A DNA stretch of 62,047 bases, filler included, from Circinaria calcarea (Eukaryota), in NCBI GenBank assembly GCA_051942165.1. It is 26 parts of 26 records of this genome, joined end to end, with 100 filler letters (N's around TTAATTAATTAA, not from the genome) between each part and the next. Parts side by side here need not be neighbours in the genome. Positions count along the whole stretch, not along the records: positions 11,985 to 14,277 come from JAVECS010003680.1; positions 14,378 to 16,670 come from JAVECS010003681.1; positions 16,771 to 19,062 come from JAVECS010003682.1; positions 19,163 to 21,453 come from JAVECS010003683.1; positions 21,554 to 23,844 come from JAVECS010003684.1; positions 23,945 to 26,234 come from JAVECS010003685.1; 20 more parts are not named here. One strand, written 5' to 3'. Both the position numbers and the translations under genes were made by a program. The notes below the pieces were generated by a model that was not told the DNA's origin, searched no databases, and saw only the letters and a program-made list of their open reading frames with translations. Shown piece by piece: positions 12,726 to 25,381 of this stretch (position 1 is the first letter of the stretch; each line of letters begins with the position of its first letter).

Positions 12726-13089
12726 GTGTTGTAGAGTATTGAGATTCCCCTTGGTCAAGCGTCACGAAGAGAATGCAATTGAGAATAGGGCCAGAAAAGG
12801 AGTGCCAACTCAAAGTGGCAGATGTGTTCATACTTATAAGGGCCATAGGAAAGTTCCCATAACCGCCAAGTCGCACGCGAGATTACCAGACCGGCCGGAA
12901 TGTGATAGTGTGGGCAGGTATAGACGGGCTTCCTCGCTTCCTTACATGCTTTTGACTTTGATGCATCCCTCGAATGGGACTAGCTGCAGAATCTTCCTGG
13001 CACGGATAAACGGCTGCATCGGAACTTCTCTGCGTGTCGGGTTCGGTGAAGGGATGAAACACCAACAGACTGTCATTCCTTTGGAGATA

Positions 13090-13700
13090 TCAGCGCAACG
13101 TCCAATTCTCCAGTCGAACACATGATTGGTGCGTTGCAGCTTAACGTAATCCCGAGTGATATTGCGATAAGCTGCGTAGAGCCCCTTGAGCGGAATAAAG
13201 TCGTAACGAGTCTCAGCATTCTGAAGCTGTCAATCAATCGCAACAGCTGGTCGTACTACGTCTGATCAGGCGTGTCAATCACCAGACTGTAGGACATCCG
13301 CATTGTTCTCCCACGTCAAGAAAGTTGCTTTTCTTGTATCGCCACTTGGTAACGGCCAGAAAAAATCATCAACCATCGTGTCGATTGCGGATATGTCATA
13401 TCCATGCCGTCTAATTTGATCCGCGAAGAGTCCTAAGCATGTCGCTAGCCGTCGAAGAGACCTGTGCATTTGGAATTGACAGGAGCCATACCACAGTCGG
13501 ATCTATAGGTGGAAAAGAAACACAACCATCAACCGTAGGGTAACATGCTTCCTTTGTGGTCTTCCGCAATGATGGGACATGAGTAGACGATAACATGACG
13601 AGCTCCTTTTTCAGTTACACCACCCAGAGTACAGTGCACTTGAAACAACAACGTCCGCTGTAGAATGGAAGCCAGACAACCATAGTCAATCATTATCGGA
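13090..13700 (-). CDS. hypothetical protein exons
   Basis: Several short minus-strand ORFs with protein-like composition (LFADQIRRHGYDISAIDTMVDDFFWPLP); family not recognised and boundaries approximate. Confidence 0.25.
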
Positions 13701-14377
13701 CACAAGCTTTCCGATCACGATAGATAACCGGATAATGCGAAGCAAGCAATCACCCAGGTTCCAGGCCGTGCAGCAACCTTTAACTTTACATAGCAAGTAC
13801 TTACAAGTAGAGTACCCAATAAGAAAATTGATATAGTTAGCATAGTCACATAGAAGGATGAACACTCTTCTATGCTTCGAGATTCTCAAAGCTTCGATTC
13901 CGAAGAAGGCGGTGCCAGAGGCTTTCTTCGCCTCCACCCATACTACTGTTGTCGTTCAAGAAGCTACGAGTCGCATCTAATCAACGATTCTGGAGAAGCA
14001 CTCGGTACCAACGGGGTCTACCGGTGGGTTGTTTAATCCGGAACAGGTATATGGAGTATTGCTGACGGGTTGAAGCTGTTTTCTTACCAATCTACTAGCT
14101 TAGCCGGGGTGAACCGCAGTAGTGTACGTACTACCCTACGGGATTGGCCGCCCGCGTATCGAGTGAGATGAGATTGTCATGGATGAAGACTTTGGAGCTA
14201 ACGACAAGAGCATCTGAAGCTTTGTATCTAGATCCTTCCTCTTGCTTGGTCAGAACCACCCGCACACCGTGCCACCGNNNNNNNNNNNNNNNNNNNNNNN
14301 NNNNNNNNNNNNNNNNNNNNNTTAATTAATTAANNNNNNNNNNNNNNNNNNNNNNNNNNNNNNNNNNNNNNNNNNNN

Positions 14378-15172
14378 TATTCGTCCAGGGTCTATCGCCA
14401 GCCCAGGGCTTTACCAAGTTCGGGTCCGTTCTCAGCGCCGTGCTGCTAGTATGGGGGTTCGTTTGCGAAACTGCCGCAGCTTTACAGTGCTCTCCACCAG
14501 ATACCTGGCGACTGGCGAATGGCAACTGTTTCGACATTGTGAGTGCGGCTCTTCGTGCTGCCTTTTTAAAACCATCAACTGTGTCTATAACGTCTAATCT
14601 CAAGCTGCAGCCCTCTTTCTGGATCACATTTAATGTTGTTAATATCTTAACAGACACAGCTTTAATCATCTGGCCTGCGATTATTATTAGCAGACTTCAT
14701 ACGACCAGAAAGAGACGCTTTGTTGCCATAGCTTGTTTTGGGTGCCGAATCTTGTACGTTAGAGCCCCGTATCCGTCACCTTAATTAACGTATAACCAGC
14801 GTGATAGGGGCCGTGGTAGCACAGTTAATATTTTCGCGCCGAACAGCAGGGACAGCAGACCTGACCTTTGACACTTGGCCTGCGGCAATCTGTATTCAGC
14901 TTGTGCAATGTTTGAGTATCACCACGGCATGTGTGCCCTCTCTCCGTCCGTTTCTTGACAGTCTTGAATCTGGTCTGCTACGAATCGACGACCTTCGGCG
15001 TCGAGGTATGGAAGGGTCTTACGGCTATGAAGGACCACAAAGACCATGCGTAACAGAGCAATTGGTACCCCACTCTGAAAACAAACACAGCCATGAAATA
15101 TCGGTGCCTGGATCACTAGACATTCCTCTGCGCCCTGTGGAATACCAAGTCCTTAGCACCAATCCGGTCTAA
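14378..15172 (+). CDS. PTH11-like (fungal rhodopsin-domain) integral membrane protein, C-terminal part
   Basis: AALQCSPPDTW..C, NVVNILTDTALIIWP, ACFGCRIL, CIQLVQCLSITTACVPSLRPFLDSLESG; two introns. Confidence 0.8.
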
Positions 15173-16130
15173 TCACTGCTTTGAGCTAATAAAAACATAT
15201 CTAATTAAGTAAGAGCTGATCTGTCATCGTCATGGACTGATGGCTTCCGCCTTGGAGATGTGACAACTCTGAATTACATTAGCAATCCTCCTCATATAAC
15301 CAGAACGGAATACTATTTATCCAAGATAGCCTCGTGTTTGAATAAGCTATATTTATGCACACTAACCTTATTGAAATAATGTTTAATTAGAAAATATTCT
15401 GTTTCCCTTATCTAGGAAAGATCCATAAAGTACGCTAGTGGACTAGTATGGTAGCTCTGTACGTCCTGCATATCGTGATGAGAAGGCTGCATAAATCTGC
15501 ACGGGATCTGCAGTAGTATCTGCCACTAGACCCTATGTGGAAGGACATATTAGACTTGCCCAATCTTAATGCTACCCACCCCTTATTATGCTCCAAGTTA
15601 CACCCAACTTGTGGCGCCAGTGATTATTCCCGTTCTTGGCTCTCGTATCAGCACCCTCCAGGCTTCAGCTTCAAGCCTATTGTATGAGGTAGGGCTTGCC
15701 AAAAACCCAGCTCCTACGTGAGAGAAGCTCATTCACTGCATTAAGCCGCCTTGGTTGCCTGGCCCTTAAGCAGTGTGACTGTACCTCAATGGGTCGAAGG
15801 GACGATCATGCAATACAACGTTGCGGCATCTCTTATGCCTGTCTAAGGTTTCACCGGGGCTCCCAGTCTTAGGGAAGGGCTGTCTACTGCCTCAACCAAC
15901 TATGACCTGATAGACCAGGAATCTCTTGCTGGCTGTTGTTACTTTATCGAAAATACATTTCCTTTGGGCATGAGTAAAGGACCACACACACGGCATATCT
16001 CCAAAATATCTTTGATATTCCGAAGTCCATTGCTTTCGCGTACCTGATAACATCCACTTGCGTTTGCTCTGCTATCTTGAAAACCAGAAAGTTACGCCTT
16101 GGAGACGTTGTTGAATCCGCAGATGATAGA

Positions 16131-16670
16131 ATGAAAATCGAGGAAGTCGTTGTCTCAGGCACTTTCGAGTTACAAAATGCTGAAGGCCATGGGCTTGAGT
16201 CGCAGAGAACTGAGCATCAAGACAATGTTCACTTGACACAAATCGGGAGAAGACCGGTGCTTAAGGTTTGGATAGATCCCGTTATCTAGCTCTTATAGAA
16301 GCTGCATGGGCGTGTTGATATGACTGACTAGAGTGAAGCGGAACTTTGGCTGGATGTCTATTCTGGCCTTTAGTTGCATCATATTGGCTACGTGGGTAGA
16401 AGCTCTCTTGTATAGCACAGACTTTATCCATTACAGCTTTATACCGCTGACTTGGCTCAGAGTCCTAGGTGCTGGCTTCGTAAAGTAAATCACCAAGAAG
16501 CTATTACTATCTAGTCCTGATTATATCTATAGCGGCGGACCAGCTGGCTTGATCTACAGCTTTTTGATAGTATGGGTTGGCACCATAGCAGTCTTTACAA
16601 GTCTAGGTGAGCTGGCTTCCATGTAAGTCGATGCCCTAGATGTTTCGATGAAAGAGAAAGTGAGAGGTAC
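16131..16670 (+). CDS. amino acid/choline/GABA permease (APC, ACT family), N-terminal exons
   Basis: LTQIGRRPVLK / RNFGWMSILAFSCIILATW / GGPAGLIYSFLIVWVGTIAVFTSLGELASM, with the short-exon pattern typical of the family. Confidence 0.85.
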
Positions 16671-16770
16671 NNNNNNNNNNNNNNNNNNNNNNNNNNNNNN
16701 NNNNNNNNNNNNNNTTAATTAATTAANNNNNNNNNNNNNNNNNNNNNNNNNNNNNNNNNNNNNNNNNNNN

Positions 16771-17258
16771 AGGTATAATGATTCTCCGTCTTGGTGGCTA
16801 GGAATAGAGCGGAAGGCATCATTTGCTTCGGGTGATAAGTCATGGGGGAATTCGAAAGGTAGAAGCGCTTCAGGTATTGTACCGCGGTGGCCTTGGTGGT
16901 ATATGTCAGCCTATGCCATCTACCTTGGGGCGGCTTAGATGTCCTCGCATACCATTACATTGGTAGGGAATGCAATGAATTTTGCGAAATCCATTGCCTT
17001 GAAGCAGTAGAAGCTCACGAGCTTCAGCTCTTCTTCAACAGTCAAGCAGTCCACGTCCCTCTGGTTGATACTATTCGAGATTCCATCTCCCTCCATGTCA
17101 TTGTCCATACCATCTTTTGCATGGAGACGCTGGATAGCGTCCTTCACCCGGGCGGCCGCCAGAGAGTTCGTTGTCGCTCGGAGTGAAGCCAAGGATTCCT
17201 CTGTGAAGGACCATAGCCGAAACTGAGTCGAACTTCGGTATATGTCGTCCTCCATCAT
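16771..17258 (-). CDS. CCL1: cyclin H / Ccl1 (TFIIH kinase cyclin), N-terminal part
   Basis: MMEDDIYRSSTQFRLWSFTEESLASLRATTN..CLTVEEELKLV; after an intron, ATAVQYLKRFYLSNSPMTYHPKQMMPSALFLATKTEN. Confidence 0.92.
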
Positions 17259-17711
17259 CTTAACGTTATTTCACCCGTCTCATTCGTGGTGCGGCAGTAG
17301 TTTGCAGCGCTATGGCTTTGGACTCTAGCATAAAGACCACGGAATACAAAAGGCCTCACAACCGATTTGTTTCCCGGAGCACGGCACCTCTTTGTCCCTT
17401 ATCCCTGACCATCTAATTGCTCATTCTATCTCTCACGATTAGGTCCTAGCCAAATCACTTTCACGTCCAGTTAACCTCTTTTTGTACGAAAGGATACATA
17501 TCAATTCTCCCTGATAACAAGCTTGGAATTAGACCCTCGACTCGGTAGGGGCTGTCCATGGAATTACGATTTGCTAGATTTTGACTCATTGCCGACGTCT
17601 CTGTTGAATCTTCTTCCAATTAATCACCTCCTATGCGTTAAGCATTACTCTTCCAATCTCATTTCCCGTTCCTTTTCATCCTCCATCTTTATCGGAGCAA
17701 TCCCGTTCAAA

Positions 17712-18425
17712 ATGAATATCCCCAATGTCGAGGACCGCCCGAAAGGACCAGAAGTGCCAGCCGCTCCAGTTCTTCATCCCGGCCCCATGATCCTAGACGG
17801 CCACTTCGTTACCGTGGTCCCCCTCGCTCTCTCCCACGCAGGAGATCTCTTCGAAGCCATCGGTGGCTCCGAGAAAGCGGCTCTATGGGACTATGTGCCC
17901 ATCGGCCCCTACCCCGTCTTCCAACCGTTCCACGACCACATCGCTTGCAACGTCTTATCATCTGATCCTTGCTTCTTCACCGTCCTGCACAAGACCACGG
18001 GCAAGGCCATCGGTCATGTCTCCCTAATGAGCATTGATCCTGCCAACCGATCTATTGAAATCGGCCACGTGATCTTCTCCCCCACACTGCAACGGACGCC
18101 CGGCGCAACCGAAGTCATCTATCTCCTTACTCGGGCAGTGTTTGAGGACTTTGGTTACCGCCGCTACGTATGGAAGTGTAATAGCCTAAACGCGCCTTCC
18201 AAGCGGGCTGCTGAACGGCTCGGGTTCACCGCGGAAGGCGTATTCCGCCAGCATATGATTTGCAAAGGCCGCAATCGTGACACGGCTTGGTTCTCGATGC
18301 TTGACCTCGAATGGCCGGCGGTGAAGAGGGCTTTCGAGGCATGGCTTGATCCGGGCAACTTCGACGATCAGGGTCAGCAGCGAACTGGTCTAGCTGCTCT
18401 GCGGCAAAGTTTGCCCTCAATCTAA
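17712..18425 (+). CDS. GNAT acetyltransferase, RimJ/RimL (YdaF-like) family; intronless
   Basis: IDPANRSIEIGHVIFSPTLQRTPGATE, GYRRYVWKCNSLNAPSKRAAERLGFTAEGVFRQHMICKGRNRDTAWFSMLDLEWP, WLDPGNFDDQGQQ. Confidence 0.92.
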   Translation: MNIPNVEDRPKGPEVPAAPVLHPGPMILDGHFVTVVPLALSHAGDLFEAIGGSEKAALWDYVPIGPYPVFQPFHDHIACNVLSSDPCFFTVLHKTTGKAIGHVSLMSIDPANRSIEIGHVIFSPTLQRTPGATEVIYLLTRAVFEDFGYRRYVWKCNSLNAPSKRAAERLGFTAEGVFRQHMICKGRNRDTAWFSMLDLEWPAVKRAFEAWLDPGNFDDQGQQRTGLAALRQSLPSI

Positions 18426-19162
18426 AAGCAGATTCATGGGGATCGAAGTGTCTTCATAGAGTCTTTCTCACCTCAAGTCTCAGGGACAACCTAGCCATTC
18501 CTGGGGACCAAGTTCATTTCAAGCTACACGACCAGAACAGCAGAACAAAACTTGGCCAATATACATGGGGCTTAAAATCACCCTTACAAGTGTCACGTAA
18601 TTCTCCAGTCCTTGACACCGGCTAAGCGACCGAGCCAAAGTAAAGCAATGCCACCGCCGACCCTCCCAACTCCCTTCAAGAAAACCCCCCCTCTACATTT
18701 ACGCTATTCCGCATAAAACACAGAACACCTCTATCGTGCTGCCCCACTCATCCAGCCATGGGACGCCATGTATCTCTCCCCCAACGGTCATCCGCCCCAC
18801 AGCTGGATGACGGGTATTGCCTGTTCTTGCTAACCGACTCGCACGCTAGCTGTATCTATCGCTGATAGAAGGCGAACTGGATATCATTGCATTTTTGGGA
18901 TTGGGATTGAGACTGGGAGTTAGATACACATCCTAACCGTCCGAATGTGATTCTGGGCATATTACCTCCTGGAAATAGGTGAATTGGGGTAATTGGCTAA
19001 GATTTTACGGGCCACGGATAAGGGGGCGGTGAGGGAAACAGGCGCAAGGGGGTGGATATGATNNNNNNNNNNNNNNNNNNNNNNNNNNNNNNNNNNNNNN
19101 NNNNNNTTAATTAATTAANNNNNNNNNNNNNNNNNNNNNNNNNNNNNNNNNNNNNNNNNNNN

Positions 19163-19878
19163 GGGTTACCCAATTTACCAAGTGCGGTAGCAGTAACGTA
19201 GAATGGTATATCGACCTTAGTCCCGAGCATTTTCGTTGATAGGTCAATCTTTTCAACGTCCACTAGTATCCTCGGTCGAAACCAGATTTTGTGAAAGGCG
19301 GAATGATTCTCTCGCATTGTCTGTAAGCTGCACATTAGCTTGATCTATAGTGTATTACCAGGGTGATAGATTAACGTACTATCTCGTCATCTGCGCCACT
19401 TGAGTAGTACGCCCATGCTGTCCTCTTCATTACACGTCTAGCCACGGCCTCGAAGTCCATTAGGTTGTAGCATTGTTCCAGTATCGGCATTCTCTTTATT
19501 CGTTCTTGCCTTTCCGCTTCATCGGGATCCTCCTCTTGCTGCTCCTTTTTGATGGTGTCCATATTGACCTCGCCAAGATGCTTGGACCTGTCAAGGAACT
19601 TGTCGAGGGTGTCAGGAGGATGTATTGGGTCATATGTTTCTGTCGCGTCTTTCCCAGCGTATTTGAGAATGATGTTGGGTCCACCTTTGGAAAGAGTAAG
19701 CGATCTTATTAGCAATGCAGTTTCGGCTCTACCTACCGGGATGTTCTGGCATGAATTCCGTGACATCGTAAGCTTTTCCGTGTATTATAACCCAGCAATC
19801 GTCCCTGCTGTTATGTTTCGCCACTTCCTCGCCATGGAGCTTTTGCTCCTGAGGACGCTTCTGAGGTTCATGGTTCAT
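19163..19878 (-). CDS. CYB2: flavocytochrome b2 (L-lactate dehydrogenase), N-terminal part
   Basis: Cytochrome b5 domain [32 protein letters not shown], then [62 protein letters not shown]. Confidence 0.93.
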
Positions 19879-20700
19879 CGCGGTACGATGTTTATCTAGC
19901 AGTGCCACCGGACGCCCTTGTATCGTAAATTCAAGCCCTAGGTCAATAGGTTCGAGGGCCGATAAGTATGTTGAAATTGATAGACCACCACCCTTTTCTA
20001 GGTATCAATAATGAAGACTAAGATTACTAGACCAAAAAGGTCTATACTAAACAACAATTTAAATAGACAAGGAAATATTTCCCATCAGACCGGACAAGAG
20101 GAAACAATGACAACGATAAGGGACATGACTATCCACGGTACAGAAGCTAAAGCGGATGGTGAACCTTAGGGTGTGCGGAGAGGAAAATTGTGGGGTTGGG
20201 GAAACGAGCGGGGGCAGCACATGCAGCACGCATGGAAAACCTGCAGGCCGGGTCTAGGATCACCCGTTCGCAGCTCCAATAAATATAAACCGTGTTTTGA
20301 GTGTTGGTGTTCTTATCCGTTCTTCAATCGACCACGTTGGAGTAGATTAAGACCTTTGGAAGTGGTCAACTGTCTCTTCCACAAAAGGGCTAGTACAGAG
20401 TAGAGTAGAATAGCATACCAAAGACGTGATTTTACCCTGGGGATGTGGGAAGAAAGAATCATTACAAGTGACGAGCTCGGTAACGAAAGTGGGGAAGTTG
20501 GTGTCCGAGTCCCCCCCCTTTTTTAAAGCATACCAATGTGCCAACACCGATTTCTCAGCTATCTGTCTATTGATCAAGGTGCATTCCCTCCATCTAATGT
20601 CTATCCGACCATAGCAGTATACATCCACATACAACGCTCCCGTGCAACAAACGGCTATGCATTACTAAACCATCCAACACCGCAACCTCTCCCTTATGGA

Positions 20701-21453
20701 TTAACCCTTCTTTCCTTCCTCCAACCCTCTCGGCACAGCCGGCACCTCCACCCCTTCGATTCTCCACTCCATCCCAATGTAAGAGTCGCTAATGACCGTT
20801 ACATCGACCTTTCTCTCCTTCTCACTGTCCGGTAACTTCATCACTGCCTTTGCAGTCGCTTTTCCCCCTCTCCCACCACCACTGCTAATCTTTCCCTTCA
20901 CCTGCTCCCCTCTGGTTGTCGCGCCCCATCCTACCCTCTTCAGGCCCAAGATCTCTTCCCCAACGCTGACAATGACAAAGAAGCCTTCGGTCTGAGGCTT
21001 CGGGAACTTAGGCGTGTAAACACGGTAGTCTGAGGACGTTGGTGCGTTTTGACGAGTGAGGGTTAGGGTGAGACCCAAAGCGTTGACTTGAGATACCGAA
21101 AGATTGAGATTAGGAAGAGTGGAAACGGCTTTAGTAAAGGGGGTTTGGAGATGTGGAGGTATATGGAGGGAAGAATAGAGAGTGCGAAGGGATGTGGGTA
21201 AGGATTCCACGAGGGTAGCTAGAGATTGGGTTGTCGATGGTGTTTGAGTGTTGAATTTGAGAGGTCCGCTCATCTGCGGGTCTACACCAGGAAAGATGGA
21301 TATTGGCGAATTCTCGGGCCATCTCGCGGACTTGACGCATTGTAGGAGTGTAATCATCATTTTACAACTGGAGAGGTAACCCAGTTCCGTAAGAACATCG
21401 ACCGAGGCTTGAATGATTCGGATACTCTGATCAAGAACCGAGTTCTGGTCCCC
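20701..21453 (-). CDS. SLH1: Ski2-like helicase Slh1/ASCC3, C-terminal Sec63 domain
   Basis: GDQNSVLDQSIRIIQASVDVLTELGYLSSC..LLQCVKSARWP, YTPKFPKPQTEGFFVIV, LKRVGW, VISDSYIGMEW. Confidence 0.88.
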   Translation of the reverse strand, partial: GDQNSVLDQSIRIIQASVDVLTELGYLSSCKMMITLLQCVKSARWPENSPISIFPGVDPQMSGPLKFNTQTPSTTQSLATLVESLPTSLRTLYSSLHIPPHLQTPFTKAVSTLPNLNLSVSQVNALGLTLTLTRQNAPTSSDYRVYTPKFPKPQTEGFFVIVSVGEEILGLKRVGWGATTRGEQVKGKISSGGGRGGKATAKAVMKLPDSEKERKVDVTVISDSYIGMEWRIEGVEVPAVPRGLEEGKKG

Positions 21454-21553
21454 NNNNNNNNNNNNNNNNNNNNNNNNNNNNNNNNNNNNNNNNNNNNTTA
21501 ATTAATTAANNNNNNNNNNNNNNNNNNNNNNNNNNNNNNNNNNNNNNNNNNNN

Positions 21554-22203
21554 CCGTGTTCTGAATGGTTGAAGACTAGATCCGCGAGAATCAGAACGTC
21601 AAAGCCTGTGGAGAAAGTTGGTGGAATCGGGGCTCCCCAAAGATAACCCTGATCATGAGAGCTCAGTCTTGTTCGGATCAGAGAAGAAGCAGGCGAACCT
21701 CAGCAGTAACGTTGGCTCCGAGTTTGCGTACGGGCTCGCAATGCTCAATGTTGTATATTAAGTTTTCGATCAAATCTTTGTCAGGATAATCCGTTACAAC
21801 GACCTTAACCAGTCAGCTTACAAACTGATATAAAAGCAGACAGTATACTCGTACCTTCTTCGCCCCCAGCAAGACACATACCAAGCTCGGTAAGCCAGCT
21901 CCAGCTCCCAGTTCCAACACATCTTTCCCAATGACTAGATTGTCCGCCTCTCGCTGCAAGTACTCAGAGACTACTTGGCCAGCATTCCATAATAGATGGC
22001 CCTTGGTCATGATATTAGCACCCTAGGCGGTCAACGGTAGTCAACCCATAGAATACCCACAGCGGATTATTGCCAACGAGACGCAATTGCAAGGTCTGGC
22101 CTGAGCGGAGTGTATGCTCCGCAAATGTTGCAGGTTTCTCGGGCTGAAAGTACCCTTCCGGTTCCTGGAAAAGACTTTCAAGGTCCTCATCGTCGGGCGC
22201 CAT
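21554..22203 (-). CDS. EFM7: protein N-terminal/lysine methyltransferase Efm7 (Nnt1)
   Basis: LRLVGNNPLW/GHLLWNAG, VLELGAGAGLPSLV, VVVTDYPD, YLWG, LILADLVFNHSEH. Confidence 0.9.
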
Positions 22204-22439
22204 TGCTGAGTTAGAGAAAGGGAGATGGTAAGTGCAGAGTAAAAGTAGATATTTTAGATTCCGGAGCTCGAGCTAGCAAAGCAAGCGAGGCACTAACGTG
22301 GGGGTCGCATATAGAGCCTCGATCACTAGTGGAACGTTCAAGTTATATGATGCTCGGCGGGAGTTAAACAGACCATGAGTGGATGTACAAAGGGTGTTTG
22401 ACCTTTCTATGAAAGGAAATACCTTAGGCTGCTGTCGTC
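22204..22439. promoter_or_regulatory. compact bidirectional promoter between EFM7 and VPS23
   Basis: Divergent ATGs only 236 bp apart on the same contig. Confidence 0.55.
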
Positions 22440-23844
22440 ATGGCGGCTATCCCCCAGAATGTCCTGAATTGGCTTCACAGTATTCTGACCAATGTAAGTA
22501 TTCCATTCACCAAAGGGGTGCATCCTTCTGACGCTTAAGTAGGAATACCACAGTGTACCACGTACCTTCTCCGATACTGTGCAAGCCTTGTCCCTGTATC
22601 AGACCCTCCGTCCCCGGACTGATGTCTACAGTATGTCTCGACGAGCTGTCGTGAGACCTCTAGTACAAACGGTGGGAGATTGGTACTGATCTCCCTCAGC
22701 GTTCGAAGATGGGAGATCCTCCCTTTTACTACATATTACTGGGACTCTACCTGTTCAGTTTCGAGGAGCAACATACTCATTCCCAATCTCACTTTGGGTC
22801 CCGCATGGATACCCGCGAGAAGGACCAATAGCCTATGTTACGCCGACAAGTGACATGGCAGTACGTCCAGGTCAGTATGTTAGTGGGGAAGGCAGGATAT
22901 ATCATCCCTATTTAGCAGGTTGGCGGGCAGATGTGAGCATGCTCCAGCTATGTCACTACGAACAATTCATTGTGGTGTCTCTATCCTGCATCTCATGTTA
23001 TACATGCTTGGCTCATCCAAATCTTAGAATGAGCTCCTCCTGTTACTTAAGTTGCACGTTAGCTAATCGTTGGTTGGAAATATAGAGATCAAACCTATCT
23101 GACCTTGTACGAATATTACAGGAGATTTTCTCTCGAGAACCTCCAGCTATTTCCAAGAATGAGCAGATCACGAGACCTTTGCCTCCGGCGCAGATACCCA
23201 ATATATCTCCGTCAGTTCCTCCAGTGCCTCCTAAACCTGGGCGAACCCCTTCATCAGCCAGTCCTAGCTTCATACAATCATCCGACCCCGGAAGTGGACC
23301 CGCCCCACCACCTCCGCCAAAGCCAATCGAGCAGAGTCAAAGAGCTCAGTCCTCACATACTTATGGAGCCCCTGCCGTACCTCCTCACCCAAGCATTTCA
23401 GGTTTACATGGAGGAACTTCATCCGGGAATTATCCTAATGGCATCTCAACAAGCCCGCAAATATGGCAAAGAACTGGGCAATATGTTCCGCAAGGATCTA
23501 GTGGGTTGAGAAATGACCATTCTCAGTCAAACCAAACAAGGCCTCATTCCGCAAACTTCGAACGCGAGAGTTCACATGGACCCCCAATACCTCCATTGCC
23601 GGCGGCGTCTCTGCAGAATCTTCCATCTGGCCCGGATCAGGCTCCTCGAACCCAATACAATCCCCAGTGGCAACGGCAACAACCTCTACCGGGCGGAGAT
23701 TTTGCAACTCATCCATCTCAACAGCATATACCATATCTTCCCCAAAATCAAAATCACCATCACCCACCCTACCCAATTTACGCACCTAAACATCCCCGAC
23801 CAACCCCTAAACCCCCCGAGGACCTCCTCTCGTCACCCTTTGAC
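22440..23844 (+). CDS. VPS23: ESCRT-I subunit Vps23/Tsg101 (UEV domain plus Pro-rich region), 3'-truncated
   Basis: MAAIPQNVLNWLHSILT, LRPRTDVYT/FEDGRSSLLLHITGTLPVQFRGATYSFPISLWVPHGYPREGP, VRPGQYVSGEGRIYHPYLAGW, FSREPP, then Pro-rich ..PEDLLSSPFD. Confidence 0.92.
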
Positions 23845-24445
23845 NNNNNNNNNNNNNNNNNNNNNNNNNNNNNNNNNNNNNNNNNNNNTTAATTAATTAA
23901 NNNNNNNNNNNNNNNNNNNNNNNNNNNNNNNNNNNNNNNNNNNNGGTTGGGAAACTCGGATTCGGAGATTAGAATTTTTCGAAAACCCGGGGATTTTCAC
24001 AGAACCCACCCAGACTTGAAGAGTTTTACATTTAAACTTTTTTGGGAATCGAGATTCGAGGAAAAAACCCCTGGTGGGACTTGGAGAACTACTTCGAGCC
24101 AGGGGGGGGGCACTAAAACCAAAAGCCAGTGGCCAACTGCACGGGGGAGAACTTTTCAATGGAATAGGGAGAAAACCGCGCATTCAAAAACTCTCTCCTT
24201 CCCCATCTCCCCCAAAAATTTCCCGTCCGTTCCTAAAAAGCACACGGCACACGGCACAACCGCGCAAGCGCAACTGGAACTCCTAGACCTAGACTGTAGG
24301 GAAAAAAAACCTGCGGGGGGGAAAGGAAAGGGAAGGGGAGGAGTTTCCGAGGAGAGGAGAGATGGATTGGATTTCCGGGGAAAGGAAGAAAAAGGGGGGA
24401 GGGAAAATGCCCCCCCCGGATATCTTATCTTGGTTTAGTTTGGTT

Positions 24446-24537
24446 AGGTCTGATCTGATCTGATCTGGTCCATTCTGCGTATGGGTATGGGTATGAATAC
24501 GTGGCATGTGCATGTGCACTTGTACTTGTACTTGTAG
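24446..24537. repeat. cluster of short microsatellites: (GATCT)n, (GTATGG)n, (GTGCAT)n, (GTACTT)n
   Basis: tctgatctgatctgatctg, gtatgggtatgggtatg, gcatgtgcatgtgca, cttgtacttgtacttgta. Confidence 0.6.
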
Positions 24538-25381
24538 GCGGGGCGGGGGGTAATGGTGTGGTGTGGTCTGCGTATGACGAAGTAAAAAGGAAGAGGGGAA
24601 AGGGAGAGGGAAAAAAGGGGAAAGAGGGGAAGAGGGTTCAAGGTGAGCCACTTCCACTTGGTGCTAGAAGGGCATGAACGAAACGAAAACAAAAACAAAA
24701 AACAAAGCAATACGGCCCCGGGGTTCCTTGATGTTTTGGATGGATTTTGGTGATTAATATAAATTATTAATAACCAAGTTGTAATCACGGAAATGGAAAG
24801 TAGGGGGGATACGAGACCAAATCGTGATAAGTTAGATACCATAGTTGCGTGACGAAATCAACCCGCGAATTGGTCCCATAAATTCACAAAATATGATTTT
24901 TCTTTAAGAGTTCTAGGGGGTGCCGAATTTGATCCATTGTTACTTGCTAGGTAGGGAAACCGTTCGTTGAAATACTTCCGAAAAGGAGCGGTAACCGCCC
25001 AGTAGCCGTAGCCCATGAACAGAACAGCACAAGTCAGGATAGGGGTTTCCGAGATAGGATGGGATTTTTCCTTAGATAGCGAACAAGAAAGATGCAAAAG
25101 ATCCATGCAGATAGATGAATAGCTCAAAAGATCCCGCCCGGCAGAAAAAGCCGCCCGCAAAAAAAGCAAAATGGGTATCTTTTCCATGACGCCGTCGTTT
25201 CCGCAAACTCTTTCCTAGCCCGTGCCAATCATATGCCCCTGTCCATGCTAATCGAAAAACGCTCGCCCGTGATTAATTGCAGCAGGGAGCTAGGTATCCT
25301 CTCCCCCCGGTTTTTGCACACATATACCCAGCGATGACTGAGACGCAAATTTGATCTGTATCGATCCGTAAACATGGCGAT

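Noticed and set aside
23893..25187. ORFs of 96-163 aa in the ORF track
   Set aside because: Low-complexity, homopolymer-rich sequence with no protein-family signal.
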